Of a stretch of DNA of 64,000 nt, positions 20,484 through 31,269 are shown piece after piece. The notes under the pieces were generated by a model. It did no database searches and had not been told where the DNA came from. It saw nothing but the letters and a program-made list of their open reading frames with translations. Positions within the stretch are counted from its first letter, which is position 1, and every line of letters begins with the position of its first letter. The position numbers and the translations under genes are program-made. The DNA comes from Candidatus Poribacteria bacterium (lineage in GTDB: Bacteria > Poribacteria > WGA-4E > WGA-3G): contig CBDBFU010000014.1 in NCBI GenBank assembly GCA_965205025.1, positions 224,001 to 288,000 of the forward strand, given 5' to 3'.

Positions 20484-22331
20484 ATGGCAACTAACCAATA
20501 TATTCCACCAGAAGTTATAGATGAAATTCGTACCAGCAATAATATTGTGGATGTAATCTCCGATTGTGGGGTACAATTAAAACAGGCTGGTAGGAATTAT
20601 CAGGCACTATGTCCATTTCACGATGAGAAAACACCATCCTTTTCTGTTTCTCCTGAAAAACAGATTTTCTACTGTTTTGGTTGTCAAACTGGCGGTAATG
20701 TCATAAGTTTTGTACAAAAACATGAAGGGAAAAACTTCATTGAAACAATAAAATGGCTGGCAGACCGGGCAAACATCTCATTACCTGAACGGGATTCAAA
20801 ATCAAATGAGAGACAAAAAAAAATAAATGCTCTAAGTGAACTAAATACATTTGCAATTAAATATTATCATGAACTCCTACGCACCGGTCAACATAGCCAA
20901 CAAGCACGTGAATATCTAAAGAACCGGGGTGTAATTTCACAGACGATTAATCAATTCCAACTCGGCTATGCAAAACAACAGAGACAAGACTTTGTTAAAG
21001 CTGCAAAACACGAAGGATATACAATACAGCAATTATTAGATGTTGGATTAATTAAAAATGAAGACTATGGTCCACAGGATAGGTTTTGGAATCGGATTCT
21101 ATTTCCAATCCATAATGCACAAGGCAACCCAGTCGGATTCGGAGGCAGATCATTATCAGAAGAACACCAACCCAAATATCTTAATTCTCCCGCTACAGTC
21201 TTGTATGACAAGAGTAAAATCCTATACAACCTTGATAAGGCGAGACAATCTATATCAAGAAAACAGTCAGCACTTCTCGTTGAGGGTTATATGGATGTAT
21301 TAATGCTACATCAACATGGGATTGAGAATGTAATTGCATCATCAGGTACATCTCTGAGTCAACAGCACGCATCTCTCTTGAGTCGGTATACTCCAGAAGT
21401 CGTAATTGTTTTTGATGGAGACAACTCAGGTCTTCAGGCTGCTCAACGTGGTCTACACTGTTTAGTCGCTGAAGGTATCCGTGTACGTATTGCCTTAGTT
21501 CCTGAAGGCGACGATCCTGATTCTTTTGTGAAAGAACATGGTGCTGATGAATTTGATAATCTCATTGGTAATGCTATAAACCTAATTGAATTTCAGATAC
21601 AATCTGCCATACAAGGAAATAATATTCGTAATCCAGAAGTTAAAACCCAGGTATTGAAGGATACATGTGAGATACTTGTTAATATTCAGAATCGAGTTGA
21701 GCGTACCGAGTATGTGAAATATGCAGTAAGAGAGCTTGATGTAGACGAAGGATTAATTTGGAGAGAATTGCGCGAGTTAGGCTTGAAAGATACACCCATC
21801 CCTCGACAGGGTTCCCAACAAAAGATAAATCAAAAAAAACTATCACCACGCGAACAAATTGAACTACAATTCGTCCAATCCTTAATCCAATCTCCTGAAC
21901 ATGTATCTACTGTTAGACACGAATTTGATATCAATGATATACAAGATCCTATTCTTGCAAACATCGCTCAAATACTATGGGATGCAGCTGAAACAAATGA
22001 AGAAATTGATATACAACAGGTCCTTAATACTATTGAAGATGAAAAACTAAGTGGTTTTATAACCAACGCACTTCTGAACAAGAAGGATATTCCCAACTAC
22101 CATACACGGATTCAAGGGTGTATTGTCAAGTTGAAAGCTTACCTAATTCAAGATATTGAGCAACAAGTGAGAAAATCATCACAAGCAGATGATAATGATC
22201 TTGATACTCTCAAGGAATTAGTTAACATTTCAAATAGAAGAAAAAATTATGTTCAAGAGAAGCAATCTGAACAAAAGGAAAATAACAACAAGTCTGAGAT
22301 AGCAACGGACACACCAGTAAATTCTAAGTAA
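20484..22331 (+). CDS. dnaG: DNA primase
   Basis: CPFHDEKTPSF zinc finger, PKYLNSP, EGYMDV and DPD Toprim motifs. Confidence 0.97.
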   Translation: MATNQYIPPEVIDEIRTSNNIVDVISDCGVQLKQAGRNYQALCPFHDEKTPSFSVSPEKQIFYCFGCQTGGNVISFVQKHEGKNFIETIKWLADRANISLPERDSKSNERQKKINALSELNTFAIKYYHELLRTGQHSQQAREYLKNRGVISQTINQFQLGYAKQQRQDFVKAAKHEGYTIQQLLDVGLIKNEDYGPQDRFWNRILFPIHNAQGNPVGFGGRSLSEEHQPKYLNSPATVLYDKSKILYNLDKARQSISRKQSALLVEGYMDVLMLHQHGIENVIASSGTSLSQQHASLLSRYTPEVVIVFDGDNSGLQAAQRGLHCLVAEGIRVRIALVPEGDDPDSFVKEHGADEFDNLIGNAINLIEFQIQSAIQGNNIRNPEVKTQVLKDTCEILVNIQNRVERTEYVKYAVRELDVDEGLIWRELRELGLKDTPIPRQGSQQKINQKKLSPREQIELQFVQSLIQSPEHVSTVRHEFDINDIQDPILANIAQILWDAAETNEEIDIQQVLNTIEDEKLSGFITNALLNKKDIPNYHTRIQGCIVKLKAYLIQDIEQQVRKSSQADDNDLDTLKELVNISNRRKNYVQEKQSEQKENNNKSEIATDTPVNSK

Positions 22332-22350
22332 TATAAAGGAGAACTAAGCA

Positions 22351-23958
22351 GTGGACTTAGAAACAACCCACCCACTTGATATAACGGAATCGGATAACAG
22401 CGATCAAATTGAAATAGATGAGTTAATCGATTTACCCCCAGGGGAAGTAAGTGAACGGGAGGACCTCATTAAGGTCTATTTACGCGATATGGGAAAAATA
22501 CCGTTGCTTGATAAAGATATGGAGATCGAATTGTCTCAACAAATTGAGATGGGTCACCATCAAGTACAAGAAGCAACATTCACAACGCGATTGGCAATTG
22601 CCGAGGTAAGAAAACTATTATATAAGATCATAATTGCCAAAAAACGTGCTTCTGATCTCATTGATATGAGAATTTCAAGCAATTCCACGCGCGATAAAGA
22701 ACGGAAACTTCGTAATAAGGTAGAGAAGACTATGCGTGTGATTGAAGAACTGGAATTGGAGTATCTTGATGCTGCGAAAAAATCCATCAATGACAATTCT
22801 CAGGTGGAACTCCCAACGATAGGAAATCACTCTACATTTTTAAAGCACATTGAACAACTGAAGATTGACCGTGAAGAAATAAGTAAAATCTCCGGTCAAG
22901 TAAAAGATGTGGAACGAAACATAAGTGACCGTGAACAAGCTATTTTACGCCTTCAAAGTGAACATAAGATCTCTCCCGAATGGTCAAATGGCAGGATTGA
23001 TGTCAAATTGAAGGAGTTTAAATCTGATGCTGCCAAACAAGCATATATACAAATTGTACGATATGAACGTGAAATACAGCAATATCTCAACACAATAGGC
23101 ATATCACGGGATTCCCTCCATAGTATTACAAAACAGATTTGTTTAGGAGAAGCAAATGCCCAAGATGCTAAAATGGCAATTGTTGAAGCAAATCTTCGAT
23201 TAGTCGTTAGTATCGCAAAGAAATATAGACATCAAGCTCCTGGACTTGAATTTCTTGATTTAATTCAAGAAGGCAACATAGGATTAATGCGGGCTGTAGA
23301 TAAATTCGACTATCAAAGAGGATTTAAGTTCAGTACTTATGCAACATGGTGGATTCGTCAGAGCATTACTCGTGCCATTGCTGACCAAGGACGAACAATA
23401 CGGATACCTGTACATATGCACGAAAGAATCAATAAAATGCGACGGGCAGAACGCTCATTACTTCAAGAAATAGGTCGAAGACCTACACCCGAAGAAATTG
23501 CTGATGATATGGGAATACCACCAGAAAAAGTAAGAGAAGTATTAAGAATTGTTCCTGAAACAGTTTCGCTGGAAACACCTATCGGTGATGACGACGATGA
23601 TAGTCAATTAGGGGATTTTATTGAGGATGTAAGCGTTTTATCCCCTTCCACTGAGGCAGAACTCAGTATCCTAAAAGAACGTATACAAGAAGCACTCATT
23701 GATCTTTCTGAAAGAGAACGTGAAGTTATTGTTCTTAGGTTTGGCATTGAAGATGATTCCAATAATCCTCTGTTGTCTGAGCATACACGTCAACGGATAG
23801 AAGAATTATGTATCACTACTGGATATCCTAAGACACTTGAAGAAGTGGGTGAGGTATTTGCTGTTACACGAGAACGTATACGCCAAATTGAGGCGAAAGC
23901 ACTCCGAAAACTACGCCATCCTGTTCGGAGCCATCGACTTCGTGGATTCATTGAGTAG
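22351..23958 (+). CDS. rpoD: Primary sigma factor
   Basis: [26 protein letters not shown] and TRERIRQIE motifs; follows dnaG. Confidence 0.95.
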   Translation: MDLETTHPLDITESDNSDQIEIDELIDLPPGEVSEREDLIKVYLRDMGKIPLLDKDMEIELSQQIEMGHHQVQEATFTTRLAIAEVRKLLYKIIIAKKRASDLIDMRISSNSTRDKERKLRNKVEKTMRVIEELELEYLDAAKKSINDNSQVELPTIGNHSTFLKHIEQLKIDREEISKISGQVKDVERNISDREQAILRLQSEHKISPEWSNGRIDVKLKEFKSDAAKQAYIQIVRYEREIQQYLNTIGISRDSLHSITKQICLGEANAQDAKMAIVEANLRLVVSIAKKYRHQAPGLEFLDLIQEGNIGLMRAVDKFDYQRGFKFSTYATWWIRQSITRAIADQGRTIRIPVHMHERINKMRRAERSLLQEIGRRPTPEEIADDMGIPPEKVREVLRIVPETVSLETPIGDDDDDSQLGDFIEDVSVLSPSTEAELSILKERIQEALIDLSEREREVIVLRFGIEDDSNNPLLSEHTRQRIEELCITTGYPKTLEEVGEVFAVTRERIRQIEAKALRKLRHPVRSHRLRGFIE

Positions 23959-24047
23959 TCATGTATCAGATACTTTGTAGAATCCAACGGATTATTTTAT
24001 AAAATTCTTGAATTTTAATTATATGGAAGGTATAATTAAGATACTAA

Positions 24048-24121
24048 GGGTCCATAGCTCAGTGGTCAGAGCCGTCGGCTCATAACCGACTGGTCCCTAG
24101 GTTCGAGTCCTAGTGGGCCCA
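24048..24121 (+). tRNA. tRNA with CAT anticodon (probably tRNA-Ile2, lysidine type)
   Basis: Cloverleaf with GTCGG-CTCATAA-CCGAC arm; paired G1-C72 (not fMet); typical position after rpoD; TTGAAT-17-TATAAT promoter at 24008-24036. Confidence 0.9.
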
Positions 24122-24133
24122 TTCTTCTTTTTA

Positions 24134-24206
24134 GGGGCGTTAGCTCAGGGGTACGAGCGCTACCTTCACACGGTAGAAGTCACTGGTTCAAATCCAGTAC
24201 GCCCCA
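24134..24206 (+). tRNA. tRNA-Val(CAC)
   Basis: GGGGCGT/ACGCCCC acceptor stem, CTACC-TTCACAC-GGTAG anticodon arm. Confidence 0.95.
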
Positions 24207-24263
24207 TTATCAAGAAAACACCCCAATTACCCACTTACTATATCTATTTACCCAACAATAACT

Positions 24264-24704
24264 ATGCATGAGCATGAACCCCGTTGGATACAACGTGCAA
24301 ACAGTTTTAAGAGAGCATTAGCTCAATTGAAATCGGCTGTTAAACTAAGGGAACAACGTGAACTTTCAGATTTAGAATCACAAGGCTTAATACAAAGGTT
24401 TGAATTTACACATGAACTCGCTTGGAAAACTCTGAAAAATTTCCTTGAATCTAAAGGTTTGATGAATTTATACGGTTCACGAGACACAACACGGGCAAGA
24501 GATGACTTTAGGAATGGATCTGATATTGATTTGACGTTGTATGGTGGGGATGAACTAACACACACTGTTGTTTCTCAAATTTCAATTGACCTTGACGATC
24601 AATTGCTACCGTATACCATTGATTTATCTATTTTTAAGAATCTTCGTAATCCTGAAATGATTAAAGAAATTGAACGCATTGGAAAAATATTCTACAGAAG
24701 ATAA
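24264..24704 (+). pseudogene. In-frame fusion remnant of a HEPN (HI0074-like) and MNT nucleotidyltransferase TA pair
   Basis: N half GLIQRFEFTHELAWKTLK (HI0074 family); C half FRNGSDIDL...LLPYTIDL (MNT). Confidence 0.75.
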
Positions 24705-24823
24705 CGTGAGTTTGATAATAGGTTTATGAACTTCATTTTATCTAAAATATTACTCTCATAGACCCGGTAGGTGCGGTTTCCTAACCGCACTGAATTCAAA
24801 AATTTGAGTTTTCAAACTCACGT
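24705..24823. mobile_element. MITE-like element with TIR ACGTGAGTTTGA enclosing a GTAG REP
   Basis: ACGTGAGTTTGA...TCAAACTCACGT ends; internal GGTAGGTGCGGTTTCCTAACCGCAC. Confidence 0.65.
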
Positions 24824-24848
24824 AGAAGATAGATTGTTAAGGTCATAA

Positions 24849-25619
24849 ATGCAAGAATTCAAAATTGGAAATCACACATATACATCAAGGCTCTTAATCG
24901 GCACAGCAGGATATCCGAATTTCCAGATCATGACAGAAGCAATCTTGGCAAGTGGAGCAGAAATAGCTACTGTTTCGATGCGTAGAGTTAAATTTACTGA
25001 TTCATCTGAAGAGAATCTATTTACACTTCTAAGTGAACGAGGAATTACAATACTCCCAAATACTGCTGGGTGTTTTACTGCCAAGGATGCAATCTTAACT
25101 GCACAGCTTGCACAAGAAGCACTTGCAACCTCATTGATTAAACTCGAAGTAATAGGTGATGATCAGACACTATTCCCAGATGTTGAGCAACTACTCTCTG
25201 CTGCGGACACTCTTGTAAAGGATGGATTTACTGTTCTCCCCTATTGCAATGATGACCCTATTACATGTAAGAAATTAGAAGACCTTGGCTGTGTAGCAGT
25301 TATGCCGTTAGGTGCACCCATTGGTTCTGGAATGGGGATTCGAAACCCATATAACATACAAATAATACGTGATAGTGTCAATGTTCCACTTATTGTCGAT
25401 GCGGGGGTCGGAACAGCATCAGATGCAGCAATCGCAATGGAATTAGGATGCGATGGTGTATTACTCAACACTGCTGTTGCCAAAGCACACCGACCTGTCC
25501 TTATGGCAGAAGCCATGAAGAAAGCTGTAGAAGCTGGCCGTGCTGCATTCTTAGCAGGACGTATTCCTCGGAAACTCTATGCTACTGCTTCAAGTCCACA
25601 AGATGGATTGATAGAGTAA
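24849..25619 (+). CDS. thiG: Thiazole synthase
   Basis: [26 protein letters not shown] and DAGVG motifs. Confidence 0.97.
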   Translation: MQEFKIGNHTYTSRLLIGTAGYPNFQIMTEAILASGAEIATVSMRRVKFTDSSEENLFTLLSERGITILPNTAGCFTAKDAILTAQLAQEALATSLIKLEVIGDDQTLFPDVEQLLSAADTLVKDGFTVLPYCNDDPITCKKLEDLGCVAVMPLGAPIGSGMGIRNPYNIQIIRDSVNVPLIVDAGVGTASDAAIAMELGCDGVLLNTAVAKAHRPVLMAEAMKKAVEAGRAAFLAGRIPRKLYATASSPQDGLIE

Positions 25620-25674
25620 AATTCTGTAAATCATATTCACCCAATCTATGGTACAATAAAGTATTAGAAATTAG

Positions 25675-26895
25675 ATGAAAAAAACTACCCTTCCTATTCT
25701 GATAGGGATCGCTGTATACACACTCCTGTTTTCCCCATTTTCGCAACCCACGGATGCACAATTACAAGATCAATTTGGACAAGATCTACAACAGCTTGTG
25801 CCACCAACCCCACCAAAGACTGATACAGCTAAACTCACTATTGATCCAAATATAACAAATACCTTTAATAATCACATTGAGCTTGGATTGAGTGTTGACC
25901 CATACACAAGTAGTCTTGCTGGGCAAGAAAATCCACAGCTAATTGGGTTAATAAATCGGTTTGGTGTAAACTTTCAAGGTGATTTACCGATTGTAGATAA
26001 GAAATTGATGCTAAAATTATCTTATTCTCCGCAATATGAAAACTATAATGGAGCAGAAGGAAAACTTGATGAATTTGATGCATTTACAGACAGGTCTCTC
26101 ACTGAGTTAAGCTATAGTCCATTTTCAAATTCTCCTGAAATTACATTTTCACACAACCTTAAACGTCTGAAACGAACATTACCTGTCTATAATAATACTG
26201 ATCGTCAGATAGGACTAAGGTTCGGTCGTTTATTTGAATACAACTTTCGTATTCATAGATTTGATGATGAATCTGAACTAAGAGAGGATTTCCTTCTTAT
26301 TGGTTCAACCAGCCATAGAGCAACAACCCGTTTACAGTTTGGTTTACTCAGACAGATGATTGGAAAGGTTGAGTATTCGATTGAAAATGCCCGATACCAG
26401 ACAAATCTAAATAATCTAATATTAGGTATTTCTGGTCTGGAAGAAGGGGAAATAAGGGGTGATTGGAGACATGCTGGTAGTATAGAATTGTTACAGGTAA
26501 TCACGAAACGAATTGTATTTCAGGAAGAGGTTAACCTATTTAATAACCGTTCTAATGTAGATTTTTTTAATTTTCAAAGCACAGAAGCTGCATTTAGTAC
26601 ATTCTATAAGTTAGATACAGAAGATTGGGTTCGAATACGCCTTTCTCGGCTTTGGGTCGTTTTTGAACACAGAGGAATACGGGATGCAGAAGGTGCTATT
26701 ATGGAGAATGCAGGAAATCGGAGTGATAGACAATTCAGTATAAATACACAAACAAATTGGCAATTCTACGATAATATCTCACTAAATTTAGATTACAAAT
26801 ATACCTATAATGATTCGAATCAGATTGATCCGTTATACAGTTTTTTAGACTATCAACATAGTATATTAAGCGTAACATTACGCGGTAGTTATTAA
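25675..26895 (+). CDS. Putative outer-membrane beta-barrel protein
   Basis: Signal peptide, alternating beta-strand pattern, C-terminal aromatic residue (VTLRGSY). Confidence 0.6.
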   Translation: MKKTTLPILIGIAVYTLLFSPFSQPTDAQLQDQFGQDLQQLVPPTPPKTDTAKLTIDPNITNTFNNHIELGLSVDPYTSSLAGQENPQLIGLINRFGVNFQGDLPIVDKKLMLKLSYSPQYENYNGAEGKLDEFDAFTDRSLTELSYSPFSNSPEITFSHNLKRLKRTLPVYNNTDRQIGLRFGRLFEYNFRIHRFDDESELREDFLLIGSTSHRATTRLQFGLLRQMIGKVEYSIENARYQTNLNNLILGISGLEEGEIRGDWRHAGSIELLQVITKRIVFQEEVNLFNNRSNVDFFNFQSTEAAFSTFYKLDTEDWVRIRLSRLWVVFEHRGIRDAEGAIMENAGNRSDRQFSINTQTNWQFYDNISLNLDYKYTYNDSNQIDPLYSFLDYQHSILSVTLRGSY

Positions 26896-26954
26896 AATCA
26901 AATCATCATCCCACCCAATTTCCTCAACAAACTCTGTTGAATCAATAATTATAG

Positions 26955-28490
26955 TTATCTCTCTCGTTGTCCTTTATAGAGTTTTAACCTTCCTTTAGCA
27001 TCTATCAGACTATAACATGCTTCAATTTCCTTAGAAACCTTCTCTGTATTAGGATCACCCCACAATAATAGATAATCAACATTGTCAGCATAATCACATA
27101 AATCAATCTGTTCTGATCGCCAATGGACAGTCTGTACCCATTCCTTTTCATCGGTTGGTGTTTCAAATGTGGGTTTGAAGTGAACAGGAAAATAGTCAAA
27201 CTGAACTTCATAGTTTCCAAGATTGATACAGCCGTTATCAAGACAATAATAATTGGCACCATTGACAAAAATGCCTACTCTTAAGGACTCTCCACCAGAG
27301 TCAAACTGTAAAGGAAGAATAACACTATTATCCTCAACTTTCTCAACGAAAGCATTGAATTCATCTAATTCAGTGTTTAGTTTTTTACAGAGTATACCAA
27401 TATAGGTGATATTAACTATTGCCAACATTGTTACTGCTACTGTAAATACTCTCTTCCAACTACGATTCTCACTTAATCTGAAACATGCAAACAAAGACAA
27501 CATTGATAGAATCAACAATCTGTCGTTTACCCATCCACCGGGACCAACGTTATTAGGTAGGATTAGATATAGACCGAACAGGACAACAAATAGAATCAAG
27601 AATAGTTTCTGTCCTGTATTCTCCTTGAAGAATTCCATTCTGCTTTTCCAAAAAGTAAAAATAGTAAGAAAAAGTAAAAATGCAAAAACACAATATGCTA
27701 TCCAAGATTGATTTTGATTATATGCGACTAACACCTTTAAACCGACAAGATTTTCCAATAAACCACCTATTCTTCCAAAATCAATATCTGGGAGTCTACC
27801 AGATAATAAATCGGATGTTGGCAAATATACCAAAAACATTAATGCAGCAGGTAGAACTGAACATCCGGTAAGCAAGATCTTTTTAAAGTTACGTCTATAG
27901 TGGACTACGGTGAGCAATGCAATCGAGAATAGAACAAAGGCATACGAAATCAAATGTGCAAAGTAGGTTATCAGTATTAATAGATTGATATAGATAATTT
28001 TTCTCGTATCCAAATTATCCTTGTATTTCCACCAGAACCCTAATGCTAAGAAAAACAGTGGAACACTCACTGCAAAGTTGTAGAAACCCATTAAGAGAAG
28101 ATAGTTATAGATGAAGGTAAAACTCAGAATTACTAACGAATTCTGGTTTGGTCTCACAGCATTTAGAAAATAATGAATAGATACTGGGAAAAGGATAACA
28201 TATAGACTCAAGAAAACCTTCTCTGCATATAATGGTGAGAAGATATACATTAATAATGTCAACGATATATGTGATAACCAGTTAGGGAATGGGAACCAAT
28301 GAATGTCGTAGTAATCACCAAACTCAAAATCAGGATTATTATAATCTGTAATTATGTGTGAGTTATAGACATGGCTTATACCATCTTGTGTAGGGAAGTA
28401 GGTGAAAAGCCAAATTGGTAATAGATAGAAAAATATCAGTGTACCAATTAGCAAATTTGATTTCGTGTAATACCTTGAAAGATCTTTCAT
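26955..28490 (-). CDS. Polytopic membrane protein, GT-C glycosyltransferase-like
   Basis: PTQDG.SH motif after TM1, MGFYNF, many TM helices. Confidence 0.6.
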   Translation of the reverse strand: MKDLSRYYTKSNLLIGTLIFFYLLPIWLFTYFPTQDGISHVYNSHIITDYNNPDFEFGDYYDIHWFPFPNWLSHISLTLLMYIFSPLYAEKVFLSLYVILFPVSIHYFLNAVRPNQNSLVILSFTFIYNYLLLMGFYNFAVSVPLFFLALGFWWKYKDNLDTRKIIYINLLILITYFAHLISYAFVLFSIALLTVVHYRRNFKKILLTGCSVLPAALMFLVYLPTSDLLSGRLPDIDFGRIGGLLENLVGLKVLVAYNQNQSWIAYCVFAFLLFLTIFTFWKSRMEFFKENTGQKLFLILFVVLFGLYLILPNNVGPGGWVNDRLLILSMLSLFACFRLSENRSWKRVFTVAVTMLAIVNITYIGILCKKLNTELDEFNAFVEKVEDNSVILPLQFDSGGESLRVGIFVNGANYYCLDNGCINLGNYEVQFDYFPVHFKPTFETPTDEKEWVQTVHWRSEQIDLCDYADNVDYLLLWGDPNTEKVSKEIEACYSLIDAKGRLKLYKGQRER

Positions 28491-28674
28491 AATTTATCCC
28501 TTTAGATACGTAAATCCTCTCACGCGACTGATTCTACTTTCATCTTACCATATTTCTACATTTTAATAATCAACGAATTGATTCTATCACATTCCTATCC
28601 TACTGGATAGTCCACGCTAAATTTACAAGTTGTCTTTTTCGATAGAAGCAATCATACAAAAACCATTACCTCGT

Positions 28675-29165
28675 CCCGGTAGGTGCGGTTTCATGTAGAT
28701 TAAGAAAATATTTCGGTAATTCTAATTTTCCCAAACACGGTAGGTGCGGTTTCCCGGGGAATGCCTTATGGCATTCATACCGTTGATTCACCACGGGGAA
28801 TGCTAAATAGCATTCATACCGTTGATTTGGATCTTTCTTTAAAATTACAGAATTTAAAAATTAATCTACATCTAACCGCACTATTAGCGTCAATTTTAGA
28901 CTATGATTTTATTGGTATTGAGTCCCATAGGGACGGAATGTTTATAGAAAATGTGTATATCCCATAATTGAGTCCCGGGGAATGCCTAAATGGCATTCAT
29001 ACCCGGTGAACGCCAAAAGGCGTTCAACCGTTGATTCCTTGATTTGGTAGGGACGGAATGTATATAGAAGTCGTTATCAGCTAATATCCTAAGCCCCAGC
29101 GGGGCGAAATGTTTGTAGAAAACGGTTAAACCCACTAACAAAGCCCCAGCGGGGCGAAATGTGTA
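28675..29165. repeat. Nested REP/MITE cluster
   Basis: GTAG REP interrupted by an ATGTAGATTAA...TTAATCTACAT TIR element; GAGTCCCGTAGGGAC and AGCCCCAGCGGGGC palindromes; four GAATGC-type hairpin units. Confidence 0.85.
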
Positions 29166-29451
29166 TCCTGAAATTGATGCTTATGGTTTGTAAACTTGTT
29201 GTCACAAGGGAGGGAGATTAAGCATAATAGTGTATCTATCTGACTATGGGAAACCTGAAGGGAGGGAACACTGATACCCAATTAAAAACGTATCATGATT
29301 CGAAGAACGTACCTTCAAGTGATTCATGCCAAAAACTTTACACACCCCATGTAACATGTAACCCTAAATCTTGCTATTATCATCAAACTGTGCTAACATT
29401 GCTCAATATGCAGAATCTTGTTTCCCAGATTTCGATATAAGGAGATTGTCA

Positions 29452-30786
29452 ATGACATTAGATCAGGTAAAACAGATAATTCAAGAGAAAGGCATAGAGT
29501 TCTTCCTATGCTCTTTCGTTGAGATGAGCGGTGCACCAAAGGCAAAAGTCATTCCAGCAACCCATCTTGAGAATATGGCGAATGAAGGTGCGGGTTTTGG
29601 TGGGTTTGCCGCTGGTGAAATAGGACAGTCTCCACATGATCCAGAGATGGCAAGTATTCCGGATTTTAACTCACTCACTGTTGTTCCGTGGAAGGATAAA
29701 TTAGCTTGGGTGGCAGGCGATATGTACGTAGAAGGAGAATCTTGGCACTATTGTCCACGGACTATTCTAAAAAAGCAATTGGCGAAAGCACATGAATTAG
29801 GCTATACCTTCAATGTTGGAATAGAAGCGGAATTTATGTTGTTAAAACAGGATGAGAATGGAAATTATATCCCGTGGGATACACTTGATACAATGGATAA
29901 ACCCTGTTATGACCTTAAAGCCTTGTATCGAAATCTTGATATGATGACAACTCTGATAAAATACATGCAAGAACTGGGATGGGAACCTTATGCAAACGAT
30001 CATGAAGATGGAACATGTCAATATGAACTAAATTGGACATATTCAGATGCTTTAACAACCGCAGATAGACACACATTTTTTAAATGGATGGTCAAAACAG
30101 TAGCAGAGGAAAGCGGTCTATTGGCAACCTTTATGCCAAAACCATTTTCAAACCTTACAGGAAACGGCGCACATTTCCATATGAGTCTATGGGACGAGGA
30201 TAATCAGAAAAACCTCTTCTTAGATGAAGATGACCCGTATGGTCTTTCACAACTTGGATATTGGTTTACTGGAGGTATCCTTCATCATGCAAGTGCATTG
30301 ACAGCTGTCACGAATCCTCTTGTAAATAGCTACAAACGCTTAGTACGAAAAAAACCCCGATCTGGTTCAACATGGGCACCAGTCTATGTCACCTATGGTG
30401 CCAATAACCGAACCCAAATGATCCGAATTCCTGCAGAAGGACGAATTGAAAATCGATTAGGCGATGGTGCAGCGAATCCGTATCTCGCAGCAACAGTTCT
30501 TCTCGCCGCAGGATTAAATGGTATCAAAAATAAGATTGATCCGGGTGAGGCAAATGAAGATAACCTTTATGAAATATCCGATCTTGAAATGGAATTTAGA
30601 GGGATCTATTCACTTCCTTCCACATTGTTTGAAGCAGTAGATTTTCTTGAAGAAGACGAAATTATAAGGAAATCCCTTGGACCGGAATATGCTGACTATT
30701 TCATTGAAGTCAAACGGGAAGAATGGCATAACTACAATTCAAGTGTCAGTCAATGGGAAACCGACAATTATCTAACAGTATATTAA
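29452..30786 (+). CDS. glnT: Type III glutamate--ammonia ligase (GlnT/GmaS-like)
   Basis: G.PKAK.IPA, GAGFGGFA, DHEDG..QYELN, ATFMPKPF and NNRTQMIRIP motifs; AGGAG RBS before ATG 29452. Confidence 0.85.
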   Translation: MTLDQVKQIIQEKGIEFFLCSFVEMSGAPKAKVIPATHLENMANEGAGFGGFAAGEIGQSPHDPEMASIPDFNSLTVVPWKDKLAWVAGDMYVEGESWHYCPRTILKKQLAKAHELGYTFNVGIEAEFMLLKQDENGNYIPWDTLDTMDKPCYDLKALYRNLDMMTTLIKYMQELGWEPYANDHEDGTCQYELNWTYSDALTTADRHTFFKWMVKTVAEESGLLATFMPKPFSNLTGNGAHFHMSLWDEDNQKNLFLDEDDPYGLSQLGYWFTGGILHHASALTAVTNPLVNSYKRLVRKKPRSGSTWAPVYVTYGANNRTQMIRIPAEGRIENRLGDGAANPYLAATVLLAAGLNGIKNKIDPGEANEDNLYEISDLEMEFRGIYSLPSTLFEAVDFLEEDEIIRKSLGPEYADYFIEVKREEWHNYNSSVSQWETDNYLTVY

Positions 30787-30791
30787 ATATA

Positions 30792-31010
30792 CTATAGTTT
30801 GGACAATTTCTGAAAGGTGTTTCACCTATTTTTAAAGTGTTTCTGGTTATTAACCACGTTTCTTACGACAGTCCAACTCTGAGAAAAACAAACTTAGATG
30901 CACCTAACAGTAGCCCCAGCGGGGCGAAATGTGTGTAGAAACACCATACATCCAAGATCCAAGCCCCAGCGGGGCGAAATGTGTATCGCTAAAAACTGTC
31001 CAAACTATAG
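30792..31010. mobile_element. MITE with TIR CTATAGTTTGGACA and 8-bp target duplication
   Basis: CTATAGTTTGGACA...TGTCCAAACTATAG flanked on both sides by TAAATATA; carries two AGCCCCAGCGGGGCGAAATG units. Confidence 0.85.
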
Positions 31011-31183
31011 TAAATATAATCTAATGTATAACGGAAACCCACACTAATACAAACTCACCCAATTCAATTTTAGTCAATCTCCATAGAAAGAATCGGTATT
31101 CATCAATTTTAGTAAATTTATGAATTTATCAATGTAACTATAAGAGTTCTTAAACTGTTAATTACGATAACTTATCTTGTATC

Positions 31184-31212
31184 TTGACAATTGCAAATCT
31201 GAGTGTTATACT
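31184..31212 (+). promoter_or_regulatory. Sigma-70 promoter of the type II R-M operon
   Basis: TTGACA-17 bp-TATACT with extended TG. Confidence 0.75.
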
Positions 31213-31269
31213 CACTTTGTCCAAGAAAAATCCTTCCAAAACTATCCTAATTTCATAGTAGGACTTAAA

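Noticed and set aside
28675-29165. Repeat clusters as a CRISPR array
   Set aside because: Repeats belong to several families, spacing is irregular, they are nested rather than repeat-spacer, and no cas genes are present
29200-29450. Glutamine riboswitch or nitrogen-regulator box upstream of glnT
   Set aside because: Could not match a glnA-motif structure or a convincing GlnR/NtcA/sigma54 consensus by eye
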